The notes beneath the pieces are model-generated. The model was not told where the DNA came from. It did no database searches and saw only the letters and a list, made by a program, of their open reading frames with translations. The translations under genes were made by a program, and so were the position numbers. A stretch of 28,607 nucleotides of DNA from a virus (lineage: Duplodnaviria > Caudoviricetes). The stretch is taken from positions 1 through 28,607 of the IMG/VR virus record IMGVR_UViG_3300035561_000119; one strand, written 5' to 3'. How positions within the stretch are numbered: the first letter of the stretch is position 1; each line of letters begins with the position of its first letter. Below are positions 15,879 through 25,054 of this stretch, one piece after another.

Positions 15879-18800
15879 ATGGCCTTAAATTTAGGAAGCC
15901 TTACGGGGTGGTTGAGGTCGAAGCTGGAAGACGAAGAGGGTTTATTCCGGAAAGGTAAGTTTGCTCCAAAAGAAGCGGTTAAGAAAGTTACACCGGCTAT
16001 AAGTAATGCTTATAAGGCTTACCAGAGGGCAACGCCATATATTCCTTTTAGTCCCAATCTAGCTCCTCCCAAAAAGGTAAAGGTGGCTAAAGCCAAGTTA
16101 ATTGACCCTGCTTCAGTGGCAATGGGTGGGGCAGCGCAAAGATATATCAATCTTGCCAGAACCAATCCGGCTGCTATTATGACTCCGGGTGGACTTGCTT
16201 ATGAAGGTTTAGCGGGGGCATATAAAGGACTAACCGCAGAAAAACCACAATTCTTTATGGATGTGGTGCAAAAGAATTTCCCTAAAAGTAAATTAGCTAG
16301 TGCAGCTGGTTTGGCAGGTGAATTTATAGCTCCTAGTGTTATCCCACTAGGAGAAATAAAGGCTGGGTCAAAACTACTTCCTAGAGTAGCTAAAACTGCA
16401 GCCAAAAGTGCTGCTGTTGGCGGTGTTTATGGAGGCGCTACCAAACTTGCCGAAAGTAAAAACAAAAAAGAATATTTATCCAATCTAAGAAAAGGAGCTA
16501 CTCAAGGGGCGCTTTATGGTGGGTTATTGGGTGGAGCGTTAGGTGTAGTCCCAAGAGCGGGTAATGTTAAAGGGTTTGGCACTTTATATAGAGATGATAT
16601 TGAAACTACTAAAAATGCCATTAAGTTTTTAAGGGAAATGGAGAATGTTGGTCGGGGTAAGTTTGCGGGTAAGTTAGACCTAGATACTTTAGGGAAGTTA
16701 GAAAAAGATGCCGAAGCTATGAGGGTGGGTTATAGAATGATGTCAAAAACAGATTGGGAAAAAATGCCTTTATTGGATAGGTTCAAAATGATAGCCCAAA
16801 AACAAAAGGACCTTTATAGCGATAATCCGTTAATCGTGGGTATTAAGGGTAAAGAACAGGGAAACGTTGCAAAAGCACCATTAGACGACATATTAAAAGG
16901 CAAAAAAGTTGAAATTAGCACTCCAATAGGTCGTAAAATGGCTACATCTGGTAGTGTTTTATTAGAAGAATTAAAAACAAAAGATTTTGGTTTGGATATA
17001 GCGAGAAAAGCCTTGAAAGAAAACCCTGACTTAAAACTTACCAAAAAGCCAATTATTGTTGGTGTAGATATAAATACTGGAGAAAAACAACTACTTGATG
17101 GCTACCATCGTTATATCAAAAACAAGGGAGTTGGAGAGTTTAAAGCTAACTTTTTACCAATGGAAAAGGGAGATATAGTAAAGTGGGATAGACTGAATAT
17201 GCCATTAGGCAAACTCACCACACAACAACCTCCAATTAAAGATATACAACCTAAAGGAACAGAAGCTCCTAAAGTCAAGATAAAACCAGCAATCCCCAAA
17301 GAACTTGAGCCATTAGCAGAAGAAGCGAGGAAATATAAGACGGCGGAGGAGTTTCAGTTGGCAATTATAGACAAATTAAATGCTGTCTCGAAAACAAGGT
17401 TGAGTAGTAAAGGGGCAACAAGAATAACCTATATTGACCCATATAAAGCAGAGGTTAAAGCTGAAACAGAAAAAATGCTTAAAGAAATATCAAAAAGGGG
17501 AATGAACATTACAGACTTCTACAACCAAGCCAAAGGAATTAAGCCAGAAGCCCCTAAAATCAAAATAAAAGCACCTACTCTAAAAATTTCCGAAGAAGGA
17601 GTAACCACTCCCCCACTCTCCCCTATCGGAAAAGTAGGCGGTGGGGGAGAGGGTGGATTTAAGCCTCCACAAGCCCCACCTACCACTCCCCCAGTATCTG
17701 ACCAAGATTTAATCTCAAGGTTGACACAAGCGATTAAAAAAACAACTCCTTTGCGTGGTAAGCAGGAAGAACTTTATACAAAAGCAAGAGGAGAAAAGTT
17801 AGCCAGACTTCTTAAAGCAAGAGAAAAGATGGCGGGCGAAAAAGGTTTTTATGAGGAGTTGGGGGCATTAAAAGGAGAGTTACCAAAGGTAGAGTATGAA
17901 GCGATAAGGCAAGAGTTTAACCAAGAAAGTGTAGATAGGCTTTTTAATATGATTAAAAGAAATAAAACTTTAGATGCTTGGGATAAAGTTAATGCTCAAG
18001 TTGGGTTACAAAAACTATTAGGAGAAAAGGGGCTGGGCGTTCCAACTAAGGGTGAAATACAAAAACTCCACGCTGTTTTTGGTAAAGAATTTACAGAAAC
18101 TCTTTTATCAAAAAGACCTCTTTTTGAAAAAATGGGCGATTTAGGAATGCAACTTTATAATCTCCCCCGCTCTATGATGACAGGAGTTGGTGATTTTTCG
18201 GCAACCTTAATGCAGAACATTATGTTTGCTTATCGCCACCCTATTACTACTACTAAAAACTTTGTTGAGTCGGTCAAAATGTTTGGGAACGAAGAGTTTT
18301 ATAAAACTAGTATGGAGGAGATTGCTCAAAGACCAACCTATGAGTTAATGAAGCAAGGGAAAGTGGCTTTGACAGAAGTATCACCTGTGATGACTGCTCG
18401 GGAAGAACAGTTTATGTCAAGTTTAGCAGAAAAAATACCTGGCTTTGGGAAAGTAGTAAGGGCAACGGGTAGGGCGTGGACTGGTTTTTTGAATAAGATG
18501 CGAGCAGATGTTTTTGACCAGTTAGTAGCAACTAAAAAAGCATTAGGGGAAGATATTAATAATCCAAAGTTTCTTAAAGATGCTGGAGAATTTGTCAATG
18601 CAGGGACTGGTCGAGGAAGTCTTGGGAAGTTGGAGCGAGTAGCACCAGTTTTAGCTCAAGGAATGTTCTCTGCCCGAAAATTAGCAGCAACCCTCAAATT
18701 TCTTGACCCACGATTGTATATTACCGCCGATCCTGTAGTTAGAAAAGAAGCGTTAAGGACAGTAACAGCGTTTGTCGGTGGTGGAATGTTAATCACACAA

Positions 18801-20054
18801 TTAGCAAAAATGGCAGGAGCAGAAGTGGGAGATGATCCAACCAGCGCTGATTTTGGCAAAATTAAAATAGGCAATACCCGATTTAATGTTTTTGGGACAT
18901 ACCAGCAGGTTGCTGTTCTGTTGGCAAGGCTTTATAAAGGCTATGCTACCAGCTCTACAACAGGTAGAAAAATGATGCTTGGAGATGAAAATAATCCCTA
19001 TGCTCCAACAAGACTTGATTTACTTACTAGGTTTTTCGAGAGTAAGGAACACCCTACACTTTCTTTAATTTTTGGGGCAATGAGGGGTCAAAATCAAATA
19101 GGTGAACCTTTTAATTTACCAGTAGAAGTATTAAACCGCTTTACCGCAATGATATTTACCGACTCTTATGATTTATACAAAGAACACGGAGCAGTTGGAC
19201 TTTTGGGAGTAATTCCTGCTATTTTGGGCATTCCAACACAAACCTATGGTAGTTATTATCCAAAACGAGAAGTAACACCGTCGGGGAGGGCTACAATTAA
19301 ACTAAAACCAGAGACAGGTTTAACAGAAGACTTATTGCTTAAACTAACTGGACAGCCTAAATCAAATATACCAGAAAACCAGCAAGAACAAATCACCCAA
19401 AAGTTATGGGGCGAAAAAATGGCTAAAGCGGATAAATATAATCTTAAACTTGACCTTGAAGCTGGGAAAATACCAAGAACCGAGCCTAGCGATATTGAGA
19501 GTAAAGAGTTAATCTTCAAATACTCCAATGAAGATAAAAAACAACTAGCAAAAGGAGTGTGGGCTTATAAGGAAAACGGAACAGTAAAGACAATAGACTT
19601 AAGAGAACCAATTAAAGAACCTACCCTTACTGGCAATAGTGAGGTAGATAAAAAGCTGATTAGCTCCTATAAAAGTAAGATTTATGCCCGGGCAAAGCAG
19701 ATAGTTGCCCTTTTTGAGCTTGGATTGATAAATCAAGCCGAAATGGAGGAAAGAATTAACAAGCTTTATAACAAACAGACATCATATTTAGGTAAGTCTG
19801 GTTATGGTAAAAAGCCCAAAAAAGTCTCGGTAAAAGTTAAAGCCCCTAAGAAACGGGTAGTTAAGATTTCTGATGTTAAAAAACCAGAGTTACCAACAAT
19901 AAAGATTACCCCCCCTCCCGAGATATTAGCAGAGCGACCTAAGCGCAAAACATATAACTTTGCTTCAATAACTGAAGATTTACCAGAGAAAGTTAGATTG
20001 ACAAAGAAAAAGAGACTTGGTATAGTGAAACCTAGCACGATACGGATAATTTAG
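15879..20054 (+). CDS. large ejection/DNA-transfer (polyvalent-type) protein with internal ParB-like domain
   Basis: 1391 aa; Gly/Ala-rich helices; KPIIVGVD..QLLDGYHRY; C-terminal DPTSADFGKIKIGNTR region; Lys-rich tail. Confidence 0.65.
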   Translation: MALNLGSLTGWLRSKLEDEEGLFRKGKFAPKEAVKKVTPAISNAYKAYQRATPYIPFSPNLAPPKKVKVAKAKLIDPASVAMGGAAQRYINLARTNPAAIMTPGGLAYEGLAGAYKGLTAEKPQFFMDVVQKNFPKSKLASAAGLAGEFIAPSVIPLGEIKAGSKLLPRVAKTAAKSAAVGGVYGGATKLAESKNKKEYLSNLRKGATQGALYGGLLGGALGVVPRAGNVKGFGTLYRDDIETTKNAIKFLREMENVGRGKFAGKLDLDTLGKLEKDAEAMRVGYRMMSKTDWEKMPLLDRFKMIAQKQKDLYSDNPLIVGIKGKEQGNVAKAPLDDILKGKKVEISTPIGRKMATSGSVLLEELKTKDFGLDIARKALKENPDLKLTKKPIIVGVDINTGEKQLLDGYHRYIKNKGVGEFKANFLPMEKGDIVKWDRLNMPLGKLTTQQPPIKDIQPKGTEAPKVKIKPAIPKELEPLAEEARKYKTAEEFQLAIIDKLNAVSKTRLSSKGATRITYIDPYKAEVKAETEKMLKEISKRGMNITDFYNQAKGIKPEAPKIKIKAPTLKISEEGVTTPPLSPIGKVGGGGEGGFKPPQAPPTTPPVSDQDLISRLTQAIKKTTPLRGKQEELYTKARGEKLARLLKAREKMAGEKGFYEELGALKGELPKVEYEAIRQEFNQESVDRLFNMIKRNKTLDAWDKVNAQVGLQKLLGEKGLGVPTKGEIQKLHAVFGKEFTETLLSKRPLFEKMGDLGMQLYNLPRSMMTGVGDFSATLMQNIMFAYRHPITTTKNFVESVKMFGNEEFYKTSMEEIAQRPTYELMKQGKVALTEVSPVMTAREEQFMSSLAEKIPGFGKVVRATGRAWTGFLNKMRADVFDQLVATKKALGEDINNPKFLKDAGEFVNAGTGRGSLGKLERVAPVLAQGMFSARKLAATLKFLDPRLYITADPVVRKEALRTVTAFVGGGMLITQLAKMAGAEVGDDPTSADFGKIKIGNTRFNVFGTYQQVAVLLARLYKGYATSSTTGRKMMLGDENNPYAPTRLDLLTRFFESKEHPTLSLIFGAMRGQNQIGEPFNLPVEVLNRFTAMIFTDSYDLYKEHGAVGLLGVIPAILGIPTQTYGSYYPKREVTPSGRATIKLKPETGLTEDLLLKLTGQPKSNIPENQQEQITQKLWGEKMAKADKYNLKLDLEAGKIPRTEPSDIESKELIFKYSNEDKKQLAKGVWAYKENGTVKTIDLREPIKEPTLTGNSEVDKKLISSYKSKIYARAKQIVALFELGLINQAEMEERINKLYNKQTSYLGKSGYGKKPKKVSVKVKAPKKRVVKISDVKKPELPTIKITPPPEILAERPKRKTYNFASITEDLPEKVRLTKKKRLGIVKPSTIRII
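19998..20026 (+). promoter_or_regulatory. sigma70 promoter with extended -10 inside the 3' end of the large ORF
   Basis: TTGACA 19998-20003, 17 nt, TG-n-TATAGT 20021-20026. Confidence 0.75.
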
Positions 20055-20128
20055 GGTATGTCTGAACAGGTGACAGATTAGCCCTTGTTAGTCAGCTATT
20101 GTTATAGTTGATTAGCAAGGGCTTTTTT
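20053..20128 (+). terminator. attenuator C: antiterminator hairpin overlapping a 20-bp terminator
   Basis: AGGGTATGTCTG/CAGATTAGCCCT (20053-20085); terminator 20080-20099 pairs with 20104-20123, T6. Confidence 0.8.
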
Positions 20129-20159
20129 CGTGCCTAAAAATTAGTAGTTTTTAATATTA

Positions 20160-20855
20160 ATGACAGAACAACAAATTTTAAATGCTGTCTATGCTCTTTA
20201 TGAAGGAGACACTGAAAATTGGGAGACTACCAGTGATGAATATTTAGCCGGCCGTGTTTATTGTAATGTAGCCATTAATCGTTGGGAGCGCCTAGAAGGG
20301 ATTAGATGGCGTGATTTATTTACAACCCTATCGGCCGCCGCAGATGGAGATAAGACCTTAACCGCCGGAGATTATGATTATGATTGCCCTAGTGATTTTA
20401 GATTTGTTGCCGGAGGAGTAAGAACTATTGACACTTCTGGAAATTCTACTTACTTTAATGTTATTCCTCCTGAAAAAGTTGCCCAGATGGACGATACAAG
20501 CGGGAATTGGTGTTACTTTACCGGCAGTGTAAAAGACGGGTTTATTCTTCATTTTAACCCTGATTTAACTCTTAGCACTGGACATACTATTGCCTATGAA
20601 TATTACAAATCAGCAACTACCTTTACTGAAACTACATCAGTAAGTGAAATGTCTGACCCTTATTTTATTGTCTATTTTGTTCTTTCTCGTTTTTTTGAGA
20701 ATGATGGCGAAGATGGAAAAGCGATGAAAGCTTTCCAAGAAGCAGAGGCACGGTTAGACCAAATGAGAACGGAAAATATGATTATGGCGCTTGATACTGA
20801 AGATAATATTGATGAACTTAATAACACTAGAGGGACTAGTGGTTTTGGAGAATAA
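20160..20855 (+). CDS. head-tail adaptor / tail tubular protein A-like
   Basis: YDCPSDF, HFNP, AYEYY motifs, size and position before nozzle gene. Confidence 0.7.
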   Translation: MTEQQILNAVYALYEGDTENWETTSDEYLAGRVYCNVAINRWERLEGIRWRDLFTTLSAAADGDKTLTAGDYDYDCPSDFRFVAGGVRTIDTSGNSTYFNVIPPEKVAQMDDTSGNWCYFTGSVKDGFILHFNPDLTLSTGHTIAYEYYKSATTFTETTSVSEMSDPYFIVYFVLSRFFENDGEDGKAMKAFQEAEARLDQMRTENMIMALDTEDNIDELNNTRGTSGFGE

Positions 20856-20856
20856 T

Positions 20857-22848
20857 ATGGCTAGAATTTTATTAAACAACACAGCAAGAAGTCAAAACAG
20901 AAAGTTGGTTTTAAACCTAACTAAATTTGATGGTGGAGTAAATAAACTTTTAGAAGAGGCTCGTATTCGTATTAACGAAGCAAAAGAAGCCACTAATTTG
21001 ATACAGGTGCAAGACGGCTTATGGAAACCTCGTTGGGGGACAGATTATTATGGTGAAACCCTAGGGGCTAATCCTGACGGAGCAATTGAATATGTTGTTG
21101 GTGCTAATACTAGAGAGTTAATTGCAATTGTGGGTGGGGTATTAAAATATTCAACAGATGACGGAGCTACTTGGACTACACAATCTGGGGCGACCTTTAC
21201 TGCTGGCGTTCAGTGTTACTTTTTACAAATCAATCAATATTTGTATATCGCCAACGGGACAGATAATTTAGCTCGATACACCTCTGATGGGACTACCCGT
21301 TCTTTAACAACCTATACGGCTCTAAGCGCTCCTGCTTGGGCAGGAACTCCTTTAGCCCGGGGAGCAGGGTTATCAGCGGGAGTATATAACCTTTATTATA
21401 TTATTACTGCCCTTAATGAAATTGGCGAAACTATTGGATCAACCGAACAGACAATTACAGTTAATAAAGAAAGAGACTCTTGGTCGGCGGCTGATGAGTA
21501 TATAACATTAGATTGGAACGCTGTAACAGGCGCTGATAGATACCAAGTATATTTTTCAGATGAGGCTGGTTATGAAGTATTACTTGCCTCAACCACTGAT
21601 ACAACTTATCAAGATGATGGAAGTGCCGAACCTAATCCCTATGTAGAAGTGCCTAATGATAATACAACTAGCGCACCTAAATTTAAGTCAATGGTAGTAT
21701 CTGGTAACCGTATTTGGGCTACTAATGACCCTGACAATCCTTATAAAGTGTATTTTTCTGGGGTTGGACAGTTTTTAGGCACTTTTTCTGACTTTTATGG
21801 TGGTGGTTGGATAAACCTTGAAAAAGGCGGCCGTGAGTTTACACAGGCGGTCGTGCATTATCAAAGCGGGCAAGGTGAGGGGGTTGCCACAGTTCTTTGT
21901 TCTACTCCAGAGGGGAGGGGAGCGGTATGGCAAATCAATATTACAACTGCGACTGTAGGGACAACATCATTCTCTGTCCCGTCTGCTTCCAAAATTGTGG
22001 GCTCTTTTGGCACTGACGCTCAACTTTCAGTGGTTCAAACCGATAATGACATTTTCTTTTTTAACCGGAGGGGAATTTATTCACTTGGCCCGGAAAAGAA
22101 TTATTATGGTATTTTAAGAACAACAGAACTCTCAAGCCGCATAAGACCATATATCCGGGGATTGATTGGTTCAGCAATTAATAAGGTATGTGCCTACTAC
22201 TTTGATGCTAAGGTGTTTTTTTCAGTACCAACGTCAGGAACAAATAATAATCGTACTATTTACTACGATATGGAACGCCGTAATTGGGTAGTTGATTGGT
22301 CAATAGGGGCTAAACAATTCTTTCAATATACAGACGCAAGTGGGAACACTCATTTATTGTATGTCCCTACAACGGGTGATCAGCTTATTGAAATTTCGGA
22401 GGATATCGCTGGTGATTTAGGTGAGGCATTTAGTACCTCATATATGTCTGGTCGTATTTCACTTGAAAAGCTTTGGAAAGATTTTGTTAAAGTTAATAAG
22501 GCTTTTATTAGGCTTGGTTCTCCTAGGGGCGCTATAAATTTTGAAATATTGGGCTCTGCAAAAAATACCCCATTTTCTAGCGTGGCTTCTGCAACAATTA
22601 CTCCAACCTATTCTATGACGGGGATGGGTTTTGACCTTATGGGTGATGTTTTAATGGGAGATACAGAAGGAACTCCATCATTTTTCTCTGATAGTTCTGA
22701 TAAGCGCTACTTAAAAATCAGGAAGAAGCTAGCCGATATTCAATTTAGGCTAACTACCAATAGTGTAGATGCAGACTACACATTATTAGGAATTATTATT
22801 GAAGGAAATAAGCTAGCAGTAAAGCCTCCTTCATCTTGGAAATTATAA
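20857..22848 (+). CDS. tail nozzle (tubular protein B / P22 gp10-like) with FN3-like insertion
   Basis: FDGGVN..EATNL N-terminus, beta-propeller-like repeats, LDWNAVTGADRYQVY. Confidence 0.75.
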   Translation: MARILLNNTARSQNRKLVLNLTKFDGGVNKLLEEARIRINEAKEATNLIQVQDGLWKPRWGTDYYGETLGANPDGAIEYVVGANTRELIAIVGGVLKYSTDDGATWTTQSGATFTAGVQCYFLQINQYLYIANGTDNLARYTSDGTTRSLTTYTALSAPAWAGTPLARGAGLSAGVYNLYYIITALNEIGETIGSTEQTITVNKERDSWSAADEYITLDWNAVTGADRYQVYFSDEAGYEVLLASTTDTTYQDDGSAEPNPYVEVPNDNTTSAPKFKSMVVSGNRIWATNDPDNPYKVYFSGVGQFLGTFSDFYGGGWINLEKGGREFTQAVVHYQSGQGEGVATVLCSTPEGRGAVWQINITTATVGTTSFSVPSASKIVGSFGTDAQLSVVQTDNDIFFFNRRGIYSLGPEKNYYGILRTTELSSRIRPYIRGLIGSAINKVCAYYFDAKVFFSVPTSGTNNNRTIYYDMERRNWVVDWSIGAKQFFQYTDASGNTHLLYVPTTGDQLIEISEDIAGDLGEAFSTSYMSGRISLEKLWKDFVKVNKAFIRLGSPRGAINFEILGSAKNTPFSSVASATITPTYSMTGMGFDLMGDVLMGDTEGTPSFFSDSSDKRYLKIRKKLADIQFRLTTNSVDADYTLLGIIIEGNKLAVKPPSSWKL

Positions 22849-22863
22849 ATTATATAACTTTAT

Positions 22864-23856
22864 ATGGCAGCAAGTTCAGACAAATTAAAAAAATATAAGA
22901 GCTTATATAGCTCTACATTATCAACTGGGATTGGAACAGGGACTACTGATACAATTACTCCAGCTTCGGTAACGGGATTACCTACAGACACAGCAATTAC
23001 CCTTACTTTTGATAGGGTTAACTCTGGAGGAGAAGCCACACCTACTAAAATGGAACGTATTAAGGGAGTTATATCGGGTGGCAATTTAACCTCTTATGTT
23101 AGAGCAATAGATGGTTCTACAGAGCAAGCTCATACCGCTGGAGCAGTTATTGAAATGATTTGGAATGCGGCCGACTGGAATGATCTGGTTGATTGGGGAT
23201 TGGTAGAACACAACCAAGACGGCACGCATAAGGGAGCTTTAGTTACCACCCTTAAAGCCACAGGTGCAGAGGTGAACACAGGAACAGAGGACGCTAAAAT
23301 CGTAACACCAAAGGCGATAGGGGATAGCAATGTTGCTTTTATAAGCGATATTCCAGTTAAGGCTACTGGAGCTGAAATTGATGCTGGGACTGATGATGCT
23401 AAGTTTGCTACATCAAAGGCGATAGCGGATAGCTTCTTGGGTTCAATAATGGGGACTGATGGAATAGCAAAATTTCATTATGTTGGTGATGGTAGCACAA
23501 TAAATACAGCCTCAACTTCTTTTGTGGATATGACGGGGATGACAAAAACGATTACACCACAATCAACAAAAAGTAAATTTTTAATATTTTTTATTTGTGA
23601 AATGAGTATGAATACTGGTAATTCATTTGCTGAAATTTTAATAAATAAAGATGGAGTAGGAATAGGAAGTTCGTTTCCTCGTATAGTTCATTCAAATAAT
23701 CTTTCCACAGGAGGTTTTGGACAACATATAATAGGAGCGGTTTTTAATTCTCCCGCAACAGCAAGTAATATTACCTATAAATTACAATGGAAAGTAGGTG
23801 CTAATACAGCATATAGCAGAATTAAACACCTGTTTATTATAGAGTTTAAGAATTGA
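22864..23856 (+). CDS. tail fibre / receptor-binding protein
   Basis: RAIDGSTEQAHTAGA, EHNQDGTHK, two ATGAE..GT.DAK repeats, beta-rich C-terminal domain. Confidence 0.75.
   Translation: MAASSDKLKKYKSLYSSTLSTGIGTGTTDTITPASVTGLPTDTAITLTFDRVNSGGEATPTKMERIKGVISGGNLTSYVRAIDGSTEQAHTAGAVIEMIWNAADWNDLVDWGLVEHNQDGTHKGALVTTLKATGAEVNTGTEDAKIVTPKAIGDSNVAFISDIPVKATGAEIDAGTDDAKFATSKAIADSFLGSIMGTDGIAKFHYVGDGSTINTASTSFVDMTGMTKTITPQSTKSKFLIFFICEMSMNTGNSFAEILINKDGVGIGSSFPRIVHSNNLSTGGFGQHIIGAVFNSPATASNITYKLQWKVGANTAYSRIKHLFIIEFKN
23254..23433 (+). repeat. two tail-fibre repeats, 105-nt period
   Basis: KATGAEVNTGTEDAKIVTPKAIGDS / KATGAEIDAGTDDAKFATSKAIADS. Confidence 0.85.
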
Positions 23857-23882
23857 AATTAAGAGCTAATATATAAAAATCT

Positions 23883-24689
23883 ATGCTAACTTTACAACAG
23901 TTTATAAATAAATATAAGGACAGGAAGGATATAGGCAATACTCCTCAAAATAAAGGGGAATGTGTGGGGTTAGTAATGGTATATCTGGCTGATAAGGAAC
24001 TGCCACATATTTGGGGTCATAGTAAGGATATTTTCTATAACGCCTCTCCTCTATATTTTGAGAAAATTGTCAATAGCCTAACTGCGTATCCAGAGGCAGG
24101 GGATATTGTTGTTTGGAATGAGAATATGGGAGGTGGGTTTGGACATACCGCAATCGCTACAGGCAAAAACAATGGAGATGCTTTTGAGGTCTTAGAACAA
24201 AATAATCCTACAGGAGTAGGCGTGCGACTTCATACCTATCGAAACTATGCTAATGTAATCGGTTGGCTCAAGCCAAAATTAAAAGTTGAGGAAAATAATA
24301 TGAACATTAAAAAAGCGGTGCAGTTTGACAGGGTGCTTAATTTCTTAAAAGACAAAGGCTATATTACGGACAACGATTCCCGCCACTATTTGGAAGGAGA
24401 GTTTCTAGAATTGATTAAAGGGTTTTATGAGGACTATAGGTCGCAAAGGGAAAGGGCTCATCTTTGGGATAAAGCGGTTAATCTTGCATATTTAGCACCA
24501 ACGGATAGCAAAAAAGTAACGCCAGAGATGCTCAAGGCAAGGTTTGAGAGTGCTGTAGCAGGAAAAAATGAGAAATTGGCAAAGGAATTGGCGAGTGCTA
24601 AAAAGGAATTAGAGGCAGTTACAAAGAAATACTATAAATTATTATCGGATATTACAAATTTATTGGGAAAATATAAAAATGAGGCGTAA
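23883..24689 (+). CDS. endolysin, CHAP domain plus C-terminal helical/coiled-coil domain
   Basis: GECVGL (Cys), GDIVVW, FGHTAI (His), LEQN, VIGWLKP. Confidence 0.88.
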   Translation: MLTLQQFINKYKDRKDIGNTPQNKGECVGLVMVYLADKELPHIWGHSKDIFYNASPLYFEKIVNSLTAYPEAGDIVVWNENMGGGFGHTAIATGKNNGDAFEVLEQNNPTGVGVRLHTYRNYANVIGWLKPKLKVEENNMNIKKAVQFDRVLNFLKDKGYITDNDSRHYLEGEFLELIKGFYEDYRSQRERAHLWDKAVNLAYLAPTDSKKVTPEMLKARFESAVAGKNEKLAKELASAKKELEAVTKKYYKLLSDITNLLGKYKNEA

Positions 24690-24819
24690 AAAACCAAACA
24701 TTGATAAAATAAAAATAGAAAGAACGGTTTTGGAAGATTTACAAGCGTGGGTTAGAAGTTTGAAGGCGGCTCTTTTAGCCATTTTGAAAAAGAGAGCTAA
24801 ACAAAAGAAAAAGAAATGA
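24679..24819 (+). CDS. small basic amphipathic protein, 46 aa (not in ORF track)
   Basis: MRRKKPNIDKIKIERTVLEDLQAWVRSLKAALLAILKKRAKQKKKK*; overlaps both neighbours. Confidence 0.6.
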   Translation: MRRKKPNIDKIKIERTVLEDLQAWVRSLKAALLAILKKRAKQKKKK

Positions 24820-25049
24820 CAAAGCGGCTATACACCGACAGGGATTATTTGGAGCAACGGTTTAATAGCCTAGAAAAAATTCTTACCGAGATTAAAGAGG
24901 TAAATGTTACTTATGGCAAACGGATAGGCATATTGGAAAAATGGAAAGATGAGATTGTAATTAAGACGGGAGTAGTGGCGGCAATAATTGCGGCGGCGTT
25001 CACCTTGTTTAAGGATTGGTTATTGGAAAAATTAGGCTTTAAAAGTTAA
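24816..25049 (+). CDS. single-TM lysis-module protein (XhlA/holin-like)
   Basis: coiled coil, GKRIGILEKW, one C-terminal TM helix. Confidence 0.65.
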   Translation: MTKRLYTDRDYLEQRFNSLEKILTEIKEVNVTYGKRIGILEKWKDEIVIKTGVVAAIIAAAFTLFKDWLLEKLGFKS

Positions 25050-25054
25050 GCTCT

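Noticed and set aside
1713-23330. Numerous - strand and alternate-frame ORFs of 60-130 aa within + strand genes
   Set aside because: Fully nested in well-supported genes, no motifs; typical shadow ORFs.
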